DNA of 64,000 nucleotides from Chiloscyllium plagiosum (Eukaryota): positions 182,662 to 246,661 of the forward strand of contig NW_025215381.1 in NCBI RefSeq assembly GCF_004010195.1, given 5' to 3'. Shown here one piece after another: positions 50,868 through 63,655 of the stretch. Made by a program: the position numbers and the translations under genes. Every line of letters begins with the position of its first letter. Within the stretch, counting starts at the first letter, position 1. The notes below the pieces were generated by a model. It was not told the DNA's origin. It saw only the letters and a list, made by a program, of their open reading frames with translations, and ran no database searches.

Positions 50868-51964
50868 TTTTGATATTGATGGCATTTTTCAACATCCCTT
50901 CATTGTGTCAATCTCCGGAAGGAATGAGGCATGGCCAGAACCTACTGAAAATGGAATTGGGGATGAATCTGTCTCTGTGAATCTGTTCACCTTTCTGAAG
51001 TCTGTACAGAACCTAATGCATCTGCTGAGGAACTAATAGTGCTGGTGAACTCTAGGTTTGACTAGTTTCAACTAAGTGATGTTCCTGCATGTATTAAATC
51101 TGTTTCCTCTTGAGATTGACTTTTTGGGCTCAGTTGATAAGGATACCGTTTTACGAATGTTGACTCTCCCAATTCCACGTCATGTCATGTCTGCCTGACA
51201 CAGTGGACCCAGGTCTATCTCTCGGGATTATCTGGTACTTCTACATTGTCTTACACAAACATCCAGTGACCTCTGCCAATTAAGAGAAAGCTAATGTTTA
51301 ACTGCCTTACTATTTGTGTTGGCTATTTGAATTGCAGGTGGCTCACTTAGACACCGTCTATCCCTCTTCAATTGAACTCTTATTGCCTTATCATTCCTGA
51401 CCACACTTGCCTCGCCAATTCCATTATTCTTTTGTCTGTGATGATACCAATTTGGCAACATTTATATGACATTATCCATTCTCCTTCCTGTGATTGGGAG
51501 AATCTATCAGGCAAGTCAATTTACACACTAATCTGGTACTGAATCTTGTTTTCCAAGGTTCCCCTTGCAAAATGAAAAACGACACGATTTCATTTCCCAC
51601 GTGAAATATTCTCCTGATGGACAATATAGAATATGTAGATGTGCACTGCTTCAATTTCACTTGCAAATCCTTTAAATACTCTCCCGCTACCTTACACACT
51701 GCCACAAATCTTTCTACAATCATGAGCATGTAATTCACCACTCTCCAGAATAGACCTCTGATCTCATGGCCATGAATCAATTCACATCACCGTAGACACA
51801 GTACAGGCACGATTCGCCAAGGATCAGCTGGCACAGTTACTGACAAAGCGCAGCACATCTCCATGGACAAAGCGCAGGCGCAGTACATCATCACTCAACC
51901 AGTGCGGTGATATGACACAGCAGACAACACGCGCAGACGCAGTTAAACATGGATCAATAAGGTC

Positions 51965-52181
51965 ATAGTTAAAAATCACACAACACCCGGTTATAGTCCA
52001 ACAGGTTTAATTGGAAGCACTAGCTTTCAGAGCGACACTCCTTCATCAGGTGATCACCTAGCTATCACCTGATGCAGCGTCGCTCCGAAAGCTAGTGCTT
52101 CCAATTAAACCTGTTGGACTATAACCGGGTGTTGTGTGATTTTTAACTTTGTACACCCCAGTCCAACACCGGCATCTCCAA
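51965..52181. mobile_element. Palindromic second-family PLE pLTR insert with hammerhead core
   Basis: Inverted arms at 51967-52054 and 52064-52148. Flanking ATCAATAAG(G/C)TC at 51953-51964 and 52182-52193. Confidence 0.8.
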
Positions 52182-52789
52182 ATCAATAAGCTCCTGGTGT
52201 CGTACTGCTGACACCAAGTGCAGGGTGCATTTCCTAATGGCAGACCGTGCGCAGGCATTAATGCTCACTCCCTCTGCTCATCTGGGCATTTGCCTGAGGC
52301 GGGAAAATGGCGGTTGGTCAACAACAAAAGGGAAGAAGGTGGCTTCAGTTTGAGTTTATCTCAGAGTCAATGTGGAGATTGGAGTCAGTGTTCATCTGTA
52401 AAACTATCTGGCTGCAGCTGCAGATGTTGCTCATCCACACATTAGGGAGAAAACATGACAAATTCCCTCCATCAGCGGCGAAAATGGGGAACTGACCCCT
52501 AAAGATACACAGAGAAAGGTCAGCCCAGCTCCATCTTCTCCAGAACCATTAGAGATGGACAATAAGAGACAGAGAGAGAAGATGAGATGGTCAGCTCAGC
52601 TCCACCTTCTACAGGCCAATTGAAGACGGATGATACATTCATATATTCTTACAATGCAGAAAAGGTCCTTCAGCCCATCAAATCTATACTGATATTACTA
52701 CAGCCAAAACTGCGCGAATCCTAATTTCCTGCACTTGTCCCATATCATGGGATGTTACTACATTTGAAGTTCTCATCCAAATAATTTTT

Positions 52790-53900
52790 AAAGGGTGCAA
52801 GGCTCTATACCCTGGAACATTTAGTTGACAATCATCATGCCCTTCCTTCAACCAAGTCTCTGCAATTGCAATAACGTCATTTCCCAGGCACCAATCCAAG
52901 ACCTAAGTTCATCTGCCTTATACATTATACTCCTTGCATCTGCTCTCTGCCTACTTTTCCCTTTATTAATGCTATCTTCATAATTCTTACAGCCTCCTGT
53001 CTCCACCTCGCTGCCTACTTGTTTTCTCTTCTGGTTCCCAGCCCCCTGCCACATTAGTTTAAAACCTTCCCAACAGCAGTAACAAAAACCCCTCCGAGGA
53101 CATTGGTTCTGGCCTGGTTCAGATGTAGACGGTCCACTTTGTAATAGTCCTACCTTCCCAAGAACCGGTCCCAATGTCCAACAAATCTGAACTGCTCCCT
53201 CCTACACCAGCTCTCAAGCCACATGTTCATCCTGCCTATTTTTTCATTTCTACACCGGCTAGCATGTGGCACTGCTAGTAATCCCAGGATCACTACCTTT
53301 GAGGTCCTCCTCTTTAACTTCTCTCCTAGCTCCCTGAATTCTTCTTTCAGGACCTCATCTCATTTTCTACTTATATCGTTGGTGCCTATATGCACTAAGA
53401 CAACTGGCGGTTCACCCTCCCCTTTTAGAATGCTTTGCAGCCGATCGGTGACATCCCTGACCCAAGCACCTGGGAGGCAACATACCATCCCGGAGTCCCG
53501 TTTTCAACCACAGAACCGCCGATCTACTACCCTCACAATAGAATCCCTTATGACTGTGGCCCTACGAGTCTTTTTCCCGCCCTTCAGAACAGCAGTGCCA
53601 GCCACCGTGCCACGATCCTGGCAACGGCTGCCCTCCCCGGTGAGCCATCTCCCCCAATAGTATCCAAAACGATATACCTGTTTTGGAGGGAGATGACCGC
53701 AAGGGACACCTGCACTGCCTTCCTACTCTTTTTCTGTCTTTTGGTCACTCATTCACTGTCACCCTCAGCAATTCTAACCCGCGGTGTGACCAGTTCGCTA
53801 AACATGCTATCCACGACCTCCTCAGCATTGAGACTGCTCCACAGTGAGTCCATCCGCAGCTCCAGAGCCATCATGCCGTCAAACAAGAACTGCAGGGGAA
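52790..53900 (-). mobile_element. CR1 ORF1 / ORF2-start fragment
   Basis: Esterase-type ORF1 coding and ARSIMYKADEL..DVIAIAETWL endonuclease start. Confidence 0.8.
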
Positions 53901-54039
53901 CTGATGAACTGGAGATTTATTCTGAGGATATTTGGAGCTTACTTAAACTGCAAAAATGTCCAGAATTGATTCTTTGTGTGGGTCAGAAACATTAATCCCA
54001 AATGTCGCTCTCCTCCTCTGAGCTAGTCAGTCTCAACAA

Positions 54040-54710
54040 ATAGAAAATTACAGTGCAGTAGAGACCCTTTGGCCCTCGATGTTGCACCAACCTGTGGAAC
54101 CAATCTGAAACCCATCTAGCCTACACTATTCCATTGTCATCCATATGTCTTTCAATGACCATTTAAATGCCCTTAAAGTTGGCAAGTCTACTCCTGTTTA
54201 CTCAAAGAACTTACCTCTGACATCTGTCCTATATCTATCACCTCTCAATTTAAAGCTATGTTCTCCTCGTGCTAGTTATTGCCATCCAAGGAAAAATGCT
54301 CTCACTCTCCAGCCGAACTAACCCTTTGATTATCTTATATATTTCAATTAAGTCGCCTCTCAACCTTCTTCTTTCCTTGTAAGACCCTCCCTCCATACCA
54401 GGCAACCTTCAAGTAAATCTTCTTTGAACCCTTTCCAAAGCGTCCACATCCTACCTATAATGCAGTGACCAGAGCAGTTCGCAATACTCCAAGTGTGGCT
54501 GCACCAGACTTTTGTACAGCTGCAGCATGACCTCATGGTTCCGAAACACAATCCCTGTACCAATAAAAGCTAACACACCGTATGCCTTCTTAACAACCCT
54601 ATCAACCTGGGTGGCAGCTTTCAAGAATCTATGCTGGACACCGAGATCTCTCTGCTCATCTACACTTAACATTTGTCCAGTACTCTGCATTCCTGTTACT
54701 CCTTCCAAAG
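54040..54710 (-). mobile_element. CR1 3' fragment
   Basis: QRDLGV..KKAYGVLAFI..LYKSLVQPHLEYC. Confidence 0.88.
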
Positions 54711-54714
54711 TAAT

Positions 54715-55775
54715 AGGGAAGGATTTAGTTGCTGTGATGGGTTACAAAAGAGGGGGAGAATATATGGGTTGGAGAATGATACAAAGATAGGAAGAAATGC
54801 AGGGATTTGAGGATATTACAGCGATAGGGAAGTGTGTAACAGCTGGAAGAAGCTCCAAAGATATGGAGCGGCGCAGGGGGGGGATGAGTTTGCAGAGGAT
54901 TGGAGGGCCTGGAAGGGGCGTCAGGCTGGAGGATGTTACAGAGACAGGAAGTGATGTAGATGGCGGAGTTGGTCCCATATGTAGGACCGACATAGGTGCT
55001 GGAGGCTGATGCACAGATAGTGAGGGATGTCAGGGCAGAACACTTTACACAGATAGGGAGAGATGTCATTGCTGGATGAGATTTTGAGTTTGGGTGATCA
55101 AGGAGGTTACAGAGATAAGGTGGGTTTATATCTTTGAAGGGGATAACAAAAGTAGAGTGGTGAGTTGGGGCTGAACTAAATTACAGACATATGGAGTGAT
55201 GCAATTTTTACAGAGTTAGAGAGGTCTGTAGTTGCTGGAGCAGGTTACAGAGATAAGGAGGAGTGTATGTGCTGCAGGGATTTACAGACATAGTGCATTT
55301 TATAGGTGATGAGGAATTTTACAGACAAATGGAGGGGTGTTGGGAGGTTTCAGAAATAGATATGTATGTTGAACTGGAAGTTGTTACAGATATATGGAGG
55401 GGTGTAGATGCTGGAGGAGATTACATGGATAGAGAGGCATGTAGATCCCAGAGATTGATACAGAGATTGAGACACTTGCAGGGACTGGGGGAGATCACAG
55501 TGACAGGGAGGGATGTAGCAGCTGGAGAACATTACAGAGACAGGGAGGGGTGCAATGGCTGAAAAAGTTTACAGAGATAGGGAGGGATGTAGAGGGTGCA
55601 GAAGGGTCCAACAGCAGGGAGGTGTGTAGGGGCTGGAGAGGGTTACAGAGACAGAGTGGGGTGCAGTGGCTGGAGGAAATTAAATAAGAAGGGATGTAGC
55701 TGCTGTCAGAGGTTATAGAGGTGGATGGGTCAGAGAGGGTGGGGGCCTCTAGGAGCTGGAGATAATTACAGATTC
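54715..55775. repeat. Old degenerate purine-rich tandem array (GGCTGGAGGAGGTTACAGAGATAGGGAGGG..TAG-like unit, roughly 35 bp)
   Basis: Recurring TTACAGAGA(T/C)AGG and GCTGGAG words at a fairly regular spacing. Confidence 0.7.
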
Positions 55776-56729
55776 ACCCAGAAACTCAACTAATGCTCGC
55801 ATTCTAATCCCACCACAGCAGATTACAGAATCTGAATTCATTAATAAATGCTTGGTATTAAAAATCCATGAAAGCATTGTCGATTGTTGGAAAAATCCAC
55901 TTGGCTAACTGATAGCCTTCAGGGAAGGAAATCTACCATTCTCACCTGGTCTGACCCACATATGGATCAGACCCACAGCAATGTGGTTGACTTGCCCTCT
56001 GAAATCTCAAGCCACTCTGTTGTATTAATAGCTGCAAAATCTCAACAAAGAAATGTTAGCCCACATGGCAGACTGGTTAACAAGGTTAGATCACAGGGAG
56101 AATTAGCCACTTGGATACAAAACTGGCTCAAAGCTAAGAGACCGAGATTGGTGGTGGAGGGTTGCTTTTGCCCAGGAAGAGGGTTTTTTAAAAATTTCCC
56201 TTTGTTCTGAATTTGGACACCTTGGCGGATCAAGGGACTTTTATTTTAGTTCCATATTGTCCCTGTCCCAGATGCATTTGATGGGGATCAGTATGAGGGG
56301 CATTTTATCTTTAGTTGAAATGAGCAGGGCAACTTCCCCTGGATTCTAAACCATTGTTGTCCTTGTCCGGCAGTGTTGTTCAGCCAGAGCTGATGGGATT
56401 CATTTATTTGTTTTATTTGATTTTTGCTGCGTTTATTTTTACTTTGCCTCCCTGTGGTCCCAGCCCAAAAGAGGTTGATGGGGCTGAAATCAAGGGAAGC
56501 CATTTTTATTTCTTTATTTGTTTATGTTTTTCCCACCAAGTAATAGGGTCCTTATTTTTGTTCAACAAAGTCACGGCAGCTTTATGTCTGTTTTGAAAGA
56601 GCAGAATGGACTTTGCTGTATATTTCATTTGGTTCTGTCCCTGTCCTGGGAGTGTTTAATCGGAACAGATGCACGACGTCTTGGTTTTCTCGGTTTATTA
56701 ACTTTTGTTTAAAAGAGTGGAGGATTGCT

Positions 56730-57520
56730 TCTCAGACTGGAGGCCTGAGACCAATGGTGTGCCATAAGGATCGGTGTTGGGTCCACTCCTTTTTGACATT
56801 TGTATAAATGATTTGGATATGAATATACAAGGGATGGTTGGTACGTTTGCAGATCAGACCAATATTACTGGTGCAGTGGACAGTGAAGAAAGTTACCTCA
56901 GAGTATAACGGTACCATGATTGATGGGAAGAGGAGTGGCAGGTGGAGTTTAATTTAGAAAAAATGTGAAGTGTTGCATTTTAGTTGGCAAATCAGTGCAG
57001 GATGCGTACCCTCAATGGTAAGATCCTGAGGAAGGTTGCCAAGCAAAAAGACCTTGGGGTACAGAATCATAGTTCCTTGAAAGTAGAGTTGCAGGTAGAC
57101 AGCGCGGTGAAGAAGGTGTTTGTTATGCTTTCCTTTATTGGTCAGCGCATCGAATATAGGAGTTGGGATGGCGTGTTGTGGTTGTACAGAATGTTGGTTC
57201 TGATTAAGCAAAGTCTTTTTCCCCAGGATAGGCAAGTTCAAACACACAGGGCACAGGTTTCAGGTGGGTGGAAGAAAAATTTACAAGGGGACCTAACGGG
57301 CAGCATTTTCACACAGAGGGAGGTTTGTGTATGGAATAAGCTGTCAGAGGAGGTTGAGGCAGTGGGTGAAATTACAACATTTATAAAGCTTCTGGATGGG
57401 CATATGAATAGGAAGGGTTTAGAGGCCAAATGTTGGCAAAGGGACTCAGATTAATTTAGGATATGGACGAGTTAGACTGAAGGCTCTGTTTCCTTGCTAT
57501 AGAACTCTATGACTCTCTGA
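56730..57520 (+). mobile_element. CR1 3' fragment
   Basis: KDLGVQNHSSLKV..FTQREVCVWNKL plus tail. Confidence 0.85.
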
Positions 57521-58145
57521 TCCTTTAATCATTCTTCAAAACACCTTTATCATGATAAATTAAATGGAGTCAATTTGAGCTACTGAAGGTGATATTAGGT
57601 CAGGTGACAATAACTTATTCAAAGTGGTAGATTTTAAGAAGCATCTTAAATAGGAGAATGAGCTGGCTGATCAGAAGGACCTTGAGAGGATGTCCTGACA
57701 GCTCAGTGATACAGGATCATTCCCAATTGTCAGACTTACTGTTGTCTCCTCCCTACTATTTCATTTGATGTAATTCTATGAAATCTGTAATTTTTTTTAC
57801 CATCACACCAGCTCGCCAACATTTACACCACAGCAGAACATCAAACACTTTCATGGAGATTTTGCAAAAGAAGATTTCCACCAGTCCAAGAAAGCAAAGA
57901 AATCAATGAACGACTTTGGTACGTTTTGACAGATGAGTGGGAACTTAAACTTGAGAATTTGAAGGACAACATGTCTGAGTAGGTCACTGCGGTCAGTGGA
58001 TGATCAGGAAACGGGGTTGTTAGGAAATTAAACCAGGAGGCCGACAGAAATTAAAACAAAGTAAATGTATGGAGTTTATAATCTGGTGTCAGATCATATG
58101 GAATACAAGGGTCGAGAAGTAACAACAGAATGAACGATTGTTTCT

Positions 58146-58320
58146 TGGAGATCGTGAGGACTGCAGGTACTCGAGAGTCAGCATCTCAGGAATAGACAGT
58201 CGATGTTTTGGGCAGGAGTCATCATCAGGACTGATGAAGAGTCCTGCCAAAAAGTTGACTTTACTGATCCTTGGATGCTGCCTGACCTGCTGTGCTTTTC
58301 CAGCACCACAATTTATCGAC
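58146..58320. mobile_element. Older fold-back PLE pLTR insert
   Basis: Back-to-back ..CATCATCAGG|ACTGATGAAGAG.. arms. Flanking AA(C/T)GATTGTTTC at 58133-58144 and 58321-58332. Confidence 0.7.
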
Positions 58321-59365
58321 AATGATTGTTTCCCCAATTGTGAGCTGAGGAAGGAATGGGTTTAGGAGCTGTTATACAGGTAGAAACAATAATTACAGAG
58401 TCAGAGAGATGTACAGCGTGGAATTATACCATTCATCGCTTCTTCTGGCACCTCATTCCATACACGCACCACCATCTGCAGGAAAAAGTTGTCCCTTAAG
58501 TATCTTTTAAATCTTTCCCCTCTCACTGTAAATATCTTGGTGTTGGTATGAATATCTTTTTGAATTGATCTCAGGCTCCATTCTAAAGCCAGAAGCAAAC
58601 AGGGTTCATCCAGCGTCAGTTCCCGCTGAGCTCCATGGAGTCAGCGAGAACCATGAAACCTTTTCATGGAATGCTGGTTCATCTGCCACATCCGACCCTA
58701 TTCCCAGGCTTTGGACCCCGTCTGTCACCAAGCCCTCTCGTTGGGTCTTGGATTCCTCATCAACACAGCAGCTGATTGGTGGAAAGAAATGAATAAAGAA
58801 CAGGAGTGATATCAGCATCAGGCCTCGGGGGAACTGAGTGGGTAGAATACAGAATTGCTGAAAATACATTTGTAATCAAAAGACATATTTTTCAGTCTAT
58901 TTTTAATCTTTATGAGAAGAAACTTCTCACGTTTTTATATTTTGTGTGGATCAGAGAATTCAGTGGGGAAGCGTGGTCAGGACCCTGACATTACTGTTCC
59001 CACTCTGGCCTGCAGTGAACAATGATACTTCCACCAGGTCATTGCTTGTGCATTGGTTTCACTCACTGAGAACTGATTGCTTGGGATAATGGAACTGGGT
59101 ACAAATTTGCTTGGGATAAATATATCTTTTGTCCATGACTAATTCATCTTTTGTCTTTGCTTTTATTGTTCATCTTTCTACTAACTGTTGCTCATTACTG
59201 ACAGTGCTTTGCACTGACTTTGCTCCTGCAGTTTCTTTCATTTTCTCCTCAGATGGAGTCATTACTTGTCCATTTGAAAAGGAGTGTTATCACGTTGCTG
59301 CTCCTCCTTCTCCTCTCGGCCTATTCCTCATTCCATTACCTGCTGCATCTAATTTTAGCTCTCAG

Positions 59366-60191
59366 TTACTTGATTCATTCATCAATTAAATTATTTTTAT
59401 AATGAGATATTTCACAGCATACTTTAACTGGTCTCTGAAAATGTTCGGCATCACCACAATAATAAGTGCATTTGTGCAGTGTGCATGCGAATAGATAATA
59501 AGCAGTAGAATGCAAGGGATGACCAGTACTGAAGAAATGTAAAATATACCCCAACCAGAGAAACGTGAAACTGGCAGCTATGGCAAAGAATAAAACCATA
59601 GATTTCTTTTTGATCTCTATCTCTGATTAATTCTCCATGTTTCTCTGACATCTCAGTCCCTTACGCACCTTAACAGCCTCAAAGATATACCTCACAGTCA
59701 GAATGTTGATAAAGAGAATAAAAAAATGGACAATAAAAATGGTGTTAAAGTTTTTTTGAAATGTAGAAAACCTGGCCACCGTCAGTAATATCTATAACTT
59801 ACTGGTAACACAATCATTGGAGCATTATTGATGATATTCCAAGCTTGAAACCGAAAGTAGGTGGGAATGTTTTTGAAAGAAAAGTAAGTGCAGTGTTTTC
59901 TCTGTACAATACTGAGATTTCATCTGATGAAAACAAATGTGACAAATCGATCAAAAGAAAAAGCGACAGTGAACCAGACAAAGGAATCAATGTTCAGGCA
60001 GGAAAAGGCATTGATGATATTACAAACAGGAGTGATGTCCAGGAAACACAGTGGATAACAATAATACATAAATCGATCCAAGTACGACTTCAAACACACT
60101 GAACAGTAGATCTGACATTGCCATGGCCACCAGATAGCGAGTGCTGTATGCAGACCTAACCAAGCTAAGATGACTATCACCACTGGGCTAA
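59366..60191 (-). pseudogene. GPR139-like GPCR pseudogene (gene C), exon 2; close paralog of gene A
   Basis: VSPVVIVILA, YYCYPLCFLDITPVC..VWFTVAFSFDRFVT and VLFFAIAASFTFLWLGYIL lie in different frames, with deletions in ICL1 and TM7. Acceptor TCTCGCTTACAG retained at 60192. Confidence 0.88.
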
Positions 60192-62924
60192 CTGTAAGCG
60201 AGAGAAAGGGAAGAAGAGACTTCAAGTTACTGACCAAACATTCTCTGTGCCTGAGCCCAGACTGTACGTAATGACACAAAGGTAATTGTTGCTCCGTGTC
60301 ATATGAAGTTTAAGGGATCTGAACCACAGCAGCAACCTCTCTCTAAACAAATCATTTGCACTTTTAAAAGACAGAGGGAAGAACATGAGCAGCAGATTGC
60401 TCACAGAAACATGGTCATGTACTCAATTTTTTTTGGAGGGTTGGCAGTGGTGGATTTCACCTGCTTTCTAGGTTACTCTGACTGGCTGGAGTTTCTCCTA
60501 AGACCACGCATTCACACAATGACATCTGGGATCAGTAAAACAAAGACTGGGAGACACCTAACACAGACATTGATCGCAAACTTCCTGCATTCGGTTTTGG
60601 AGTCTCCACAGCTCAGATTGCCTCCAGAACTGTATACCCGCACTGTATGAACAACAGTACAGGGCATTGAATTACTCCAAAATGATGAATACCCTCCAAT
60701 GGATATGGATAAAGAAATGATCATCCATTGAGTCCCTTACTTCTGCACAGCAATGAACATCCTGACAATCTGAACTATGAAAGTATTCAGCAGTGAATCC
60801 AACCATTCTGCCCCAGGGTGGTTGGATTCAGAGGAGCAATCAGAAAAGCTTCAAGATTTGGTATGACTCCCCAGTCATGTTCATGACCCCGACCCAAATA
60901 AAACCTGCATCTACGCAGCATTTATCATTCTCGTTTATTCATCAGACACATCATCTGGAATGAAGCAAAGCTTTCTGTCTGATGACCAGGCTCACGCACC
61001 TAGCTCCTCTCTTTCTGAACACAGAGCACCCCCCTCCCAGATTTGGAACACACACCAGAGCTAGAAATCCCCATAGTTGACCGAGCACTCCCCATAGATA
61101 TCACCAGAATTGTACCACAGCTTGTTCTGATCGTGATGTGGAGGTGCTGGAGTTGGACTGTACTTCCAAATAAAACTGTTGGACTATAAGTGGTGTTGTG
61201 TGCTTTTTAACTTTGTTCGAGGAGACCCAAGCATTTTCCTATTGATAGAATCAGAGACTGACTGCATGGATGCAGGCCAATGCTGAAAATTAGGGGAGAT
61301 AGCCTCATGGCCTTATCACCATACCATTAATTGGGATTTAGGTAATGTAATGTGGAGCTGGGTTCGATGTCCATCATGGCAGATAGTGGAATTTCAATTC
61401 AAGAAAAATCTGGATTTCTAATGTCTGATGATGACGATGCAATGGCTGTCAGTTATTGGGGTTAAAAAAATCTCATTCACTAATAACCTTTAAGGAAGAT
61501 AATCTGTTATCCTTAACTGGCCTGGCTGAGATATTACTCAGATCCACAACAACCTGTTTAACTCTTACCTGCCCCTGGGCAATTAGGGAAGGGTGGTAAA
61601 TGCTGGCCGAGCCAATGGCACCCACATCCCTTCAATAAATGAAGGTTTCCATGCACAGCAACTCCCTGGCCCAGGTGACTGCTCCATTTTTAGACCATTC
61701 CCTGGGATTGGATATCTCCACACTCAGTTAACACTATCACTGAAATGAATCACCCAGAATTGATCTACTTTCGAAGATAAGAGATCCTCCCCATGATTCA
61801 GTGCAGTTACCTGGAGTAGGGAACAACAATGCAAAGACCCCAGTATAAAGCACAGATAGCAGAGGCAAAAGGATCTGCCTCCCGGCATTGAGACCAGCAA
61901 GAGTTGGGAAATGCTTTGGACTCAGTAAAGTAAGCAATGTCACGGATTATCCGCTGGGATTGCTGATGCCCTGAATTTGGCAGAACCTCAGCACCAAGTA
62001 TCCAGCCTTTCCCCTTGACACGTCTCCTGCTCTCTGCCATACAGTACATTCCCATGGACACTAATCACCCCTTGGGTTCCAAAGTATCCTCAAGCATATT
62101 TAGGAATGGTGATTATTTTCAAATGTATTAATGCACTTTCATCGCCCAGCTGTGTTCGCCTTTGTGATGGTGTTGAAGATCTGGCTTTTTGAACATTTGC
62201 ATTACCTGGCGTGCAGGAAAGCCCACAGTGTTTTTGGAGGAGAGTTGTCGAATTGTTACCCATCAACAGTGATGGATTGACACTATGATTCAAAGTCAGA
62301 TTGACAGCTGGCTTCAGAGACAGCTTGCATGTGATACTGTTTCTGTGCATCTGCTGTTCTTGTTGGGGATCGTGGGTTTGCGAGGTGCTGTTAAAAAGAC
62401 ACTGAGATTATTATTGGTTTGTGTCTTGTAGGTGATATTCATTGCTGGTCATGCTGTCATTGGTTTAAGAAGTGAATCCTGAATATGGTTTTTGGCATAT
62501 CAATCAATTGACTGTCCTGCATAACGTGGAGCCTAGTGAATGCTACTCTCAGTGTTGTATCTGAGCTGCACTCAGCCAGATTCATGGAGAGTATTCCATT
62601 CCCCCTGAACTATGCTTTCTGAATAGTGTACATGGAGAAGCAGGCAGGGAGCTTATTGTCACAGTATTCAGAGTGTCTGACACAGTCCTGTGGCCACAGC
62701 ACTTGTATGGCTGGACCAGGTCATTTTCTTGTCAATGGCTGACCCACGTTGTTGTCAGTGAGGTAATACAGTTAGCCAATGGGAGGTTGGTGGATTCCCA
62801 TTGTTTGGAGATGGTCATTGCCTGGTGTTTGTGGGCTGCGAATTTTACTTTCAATTATCGTGTTATCTCACTGTATATAGATGTAAAATTCTTCATTATC
62901 TAATAGTTGTGAATGGTCCTGAGA

Positions 62925-63655
62925 AAGTATTTCTAACTTGGTAAGCTCTTCCGCTACTCTATTGTGCCTTTTAATACGCATATTCTTCTCAAAGGGACAC
63001 CACCCCGAGATATGCGCCAACGTCTCCGACGCTGCATTACACCTTCTACAAGCCTTCTACAAGCCTTGTTGTTAAAAGATCTTCCATATGATAGGGATGC
63101 CCTTGTAGGAAAGGAATTAGTCCTCAGCAGAATTGAGTTGATTACTTTTGATGTTTTCATATAATTTACTTTCTTTATCCAATTATTCGAGATAGTATCG
63201 TTCTTATAGTAATGAGAAGGTGTCATTTTTAAATTCCCAATCCAATTCTCCAGTTGAGCTTCCCAATCCGCTTGGCTGACACCAATCCAGGGATCGATCT
63301 TAGCACCTAAATATTTATCTGTTTGGCCTGGATCAATAAATTGAATAAAACCATCATTAAATCTCCAATTGGCCTGCTCATTATAAATAAATGTTTTATT
63401 TTTAAAAACAAAGCTAAAACCTTTGGTCTTTTTAATGTTGACTTCTAGCCCTGTATTAAAGCAAAATCTCTCTACCAGTTTTAAATTGCATGACATACCC
63501 TCATAGGATTCGCTAATCAGCACTATATCATCGGCAAAAGCCAATGTAGCGCAATGATAACTTTTACCGTCCTGACCTAAAAATACTCCTTGTTTCCTAT
63601 CTTCTATGGACGTAATTAGAGGGTCCATTACTATATTAAATAAAATCGGTGATAA
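62925..63655 (-). mobile_element. R2-like (RLE-type) non-LTR retrotransposon fragment: RT C-terminal part + CCHC knuckle
   Basis: MDPLI..LAFADDIVLIS..FCFNTGL..KYLGAKIDPW; ISNNWI..LRTNSFPTR; after an 11-bp duplication, CRRCNAASETLAHISGWCP..RIKRHNRV. Confidence 0.85.
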
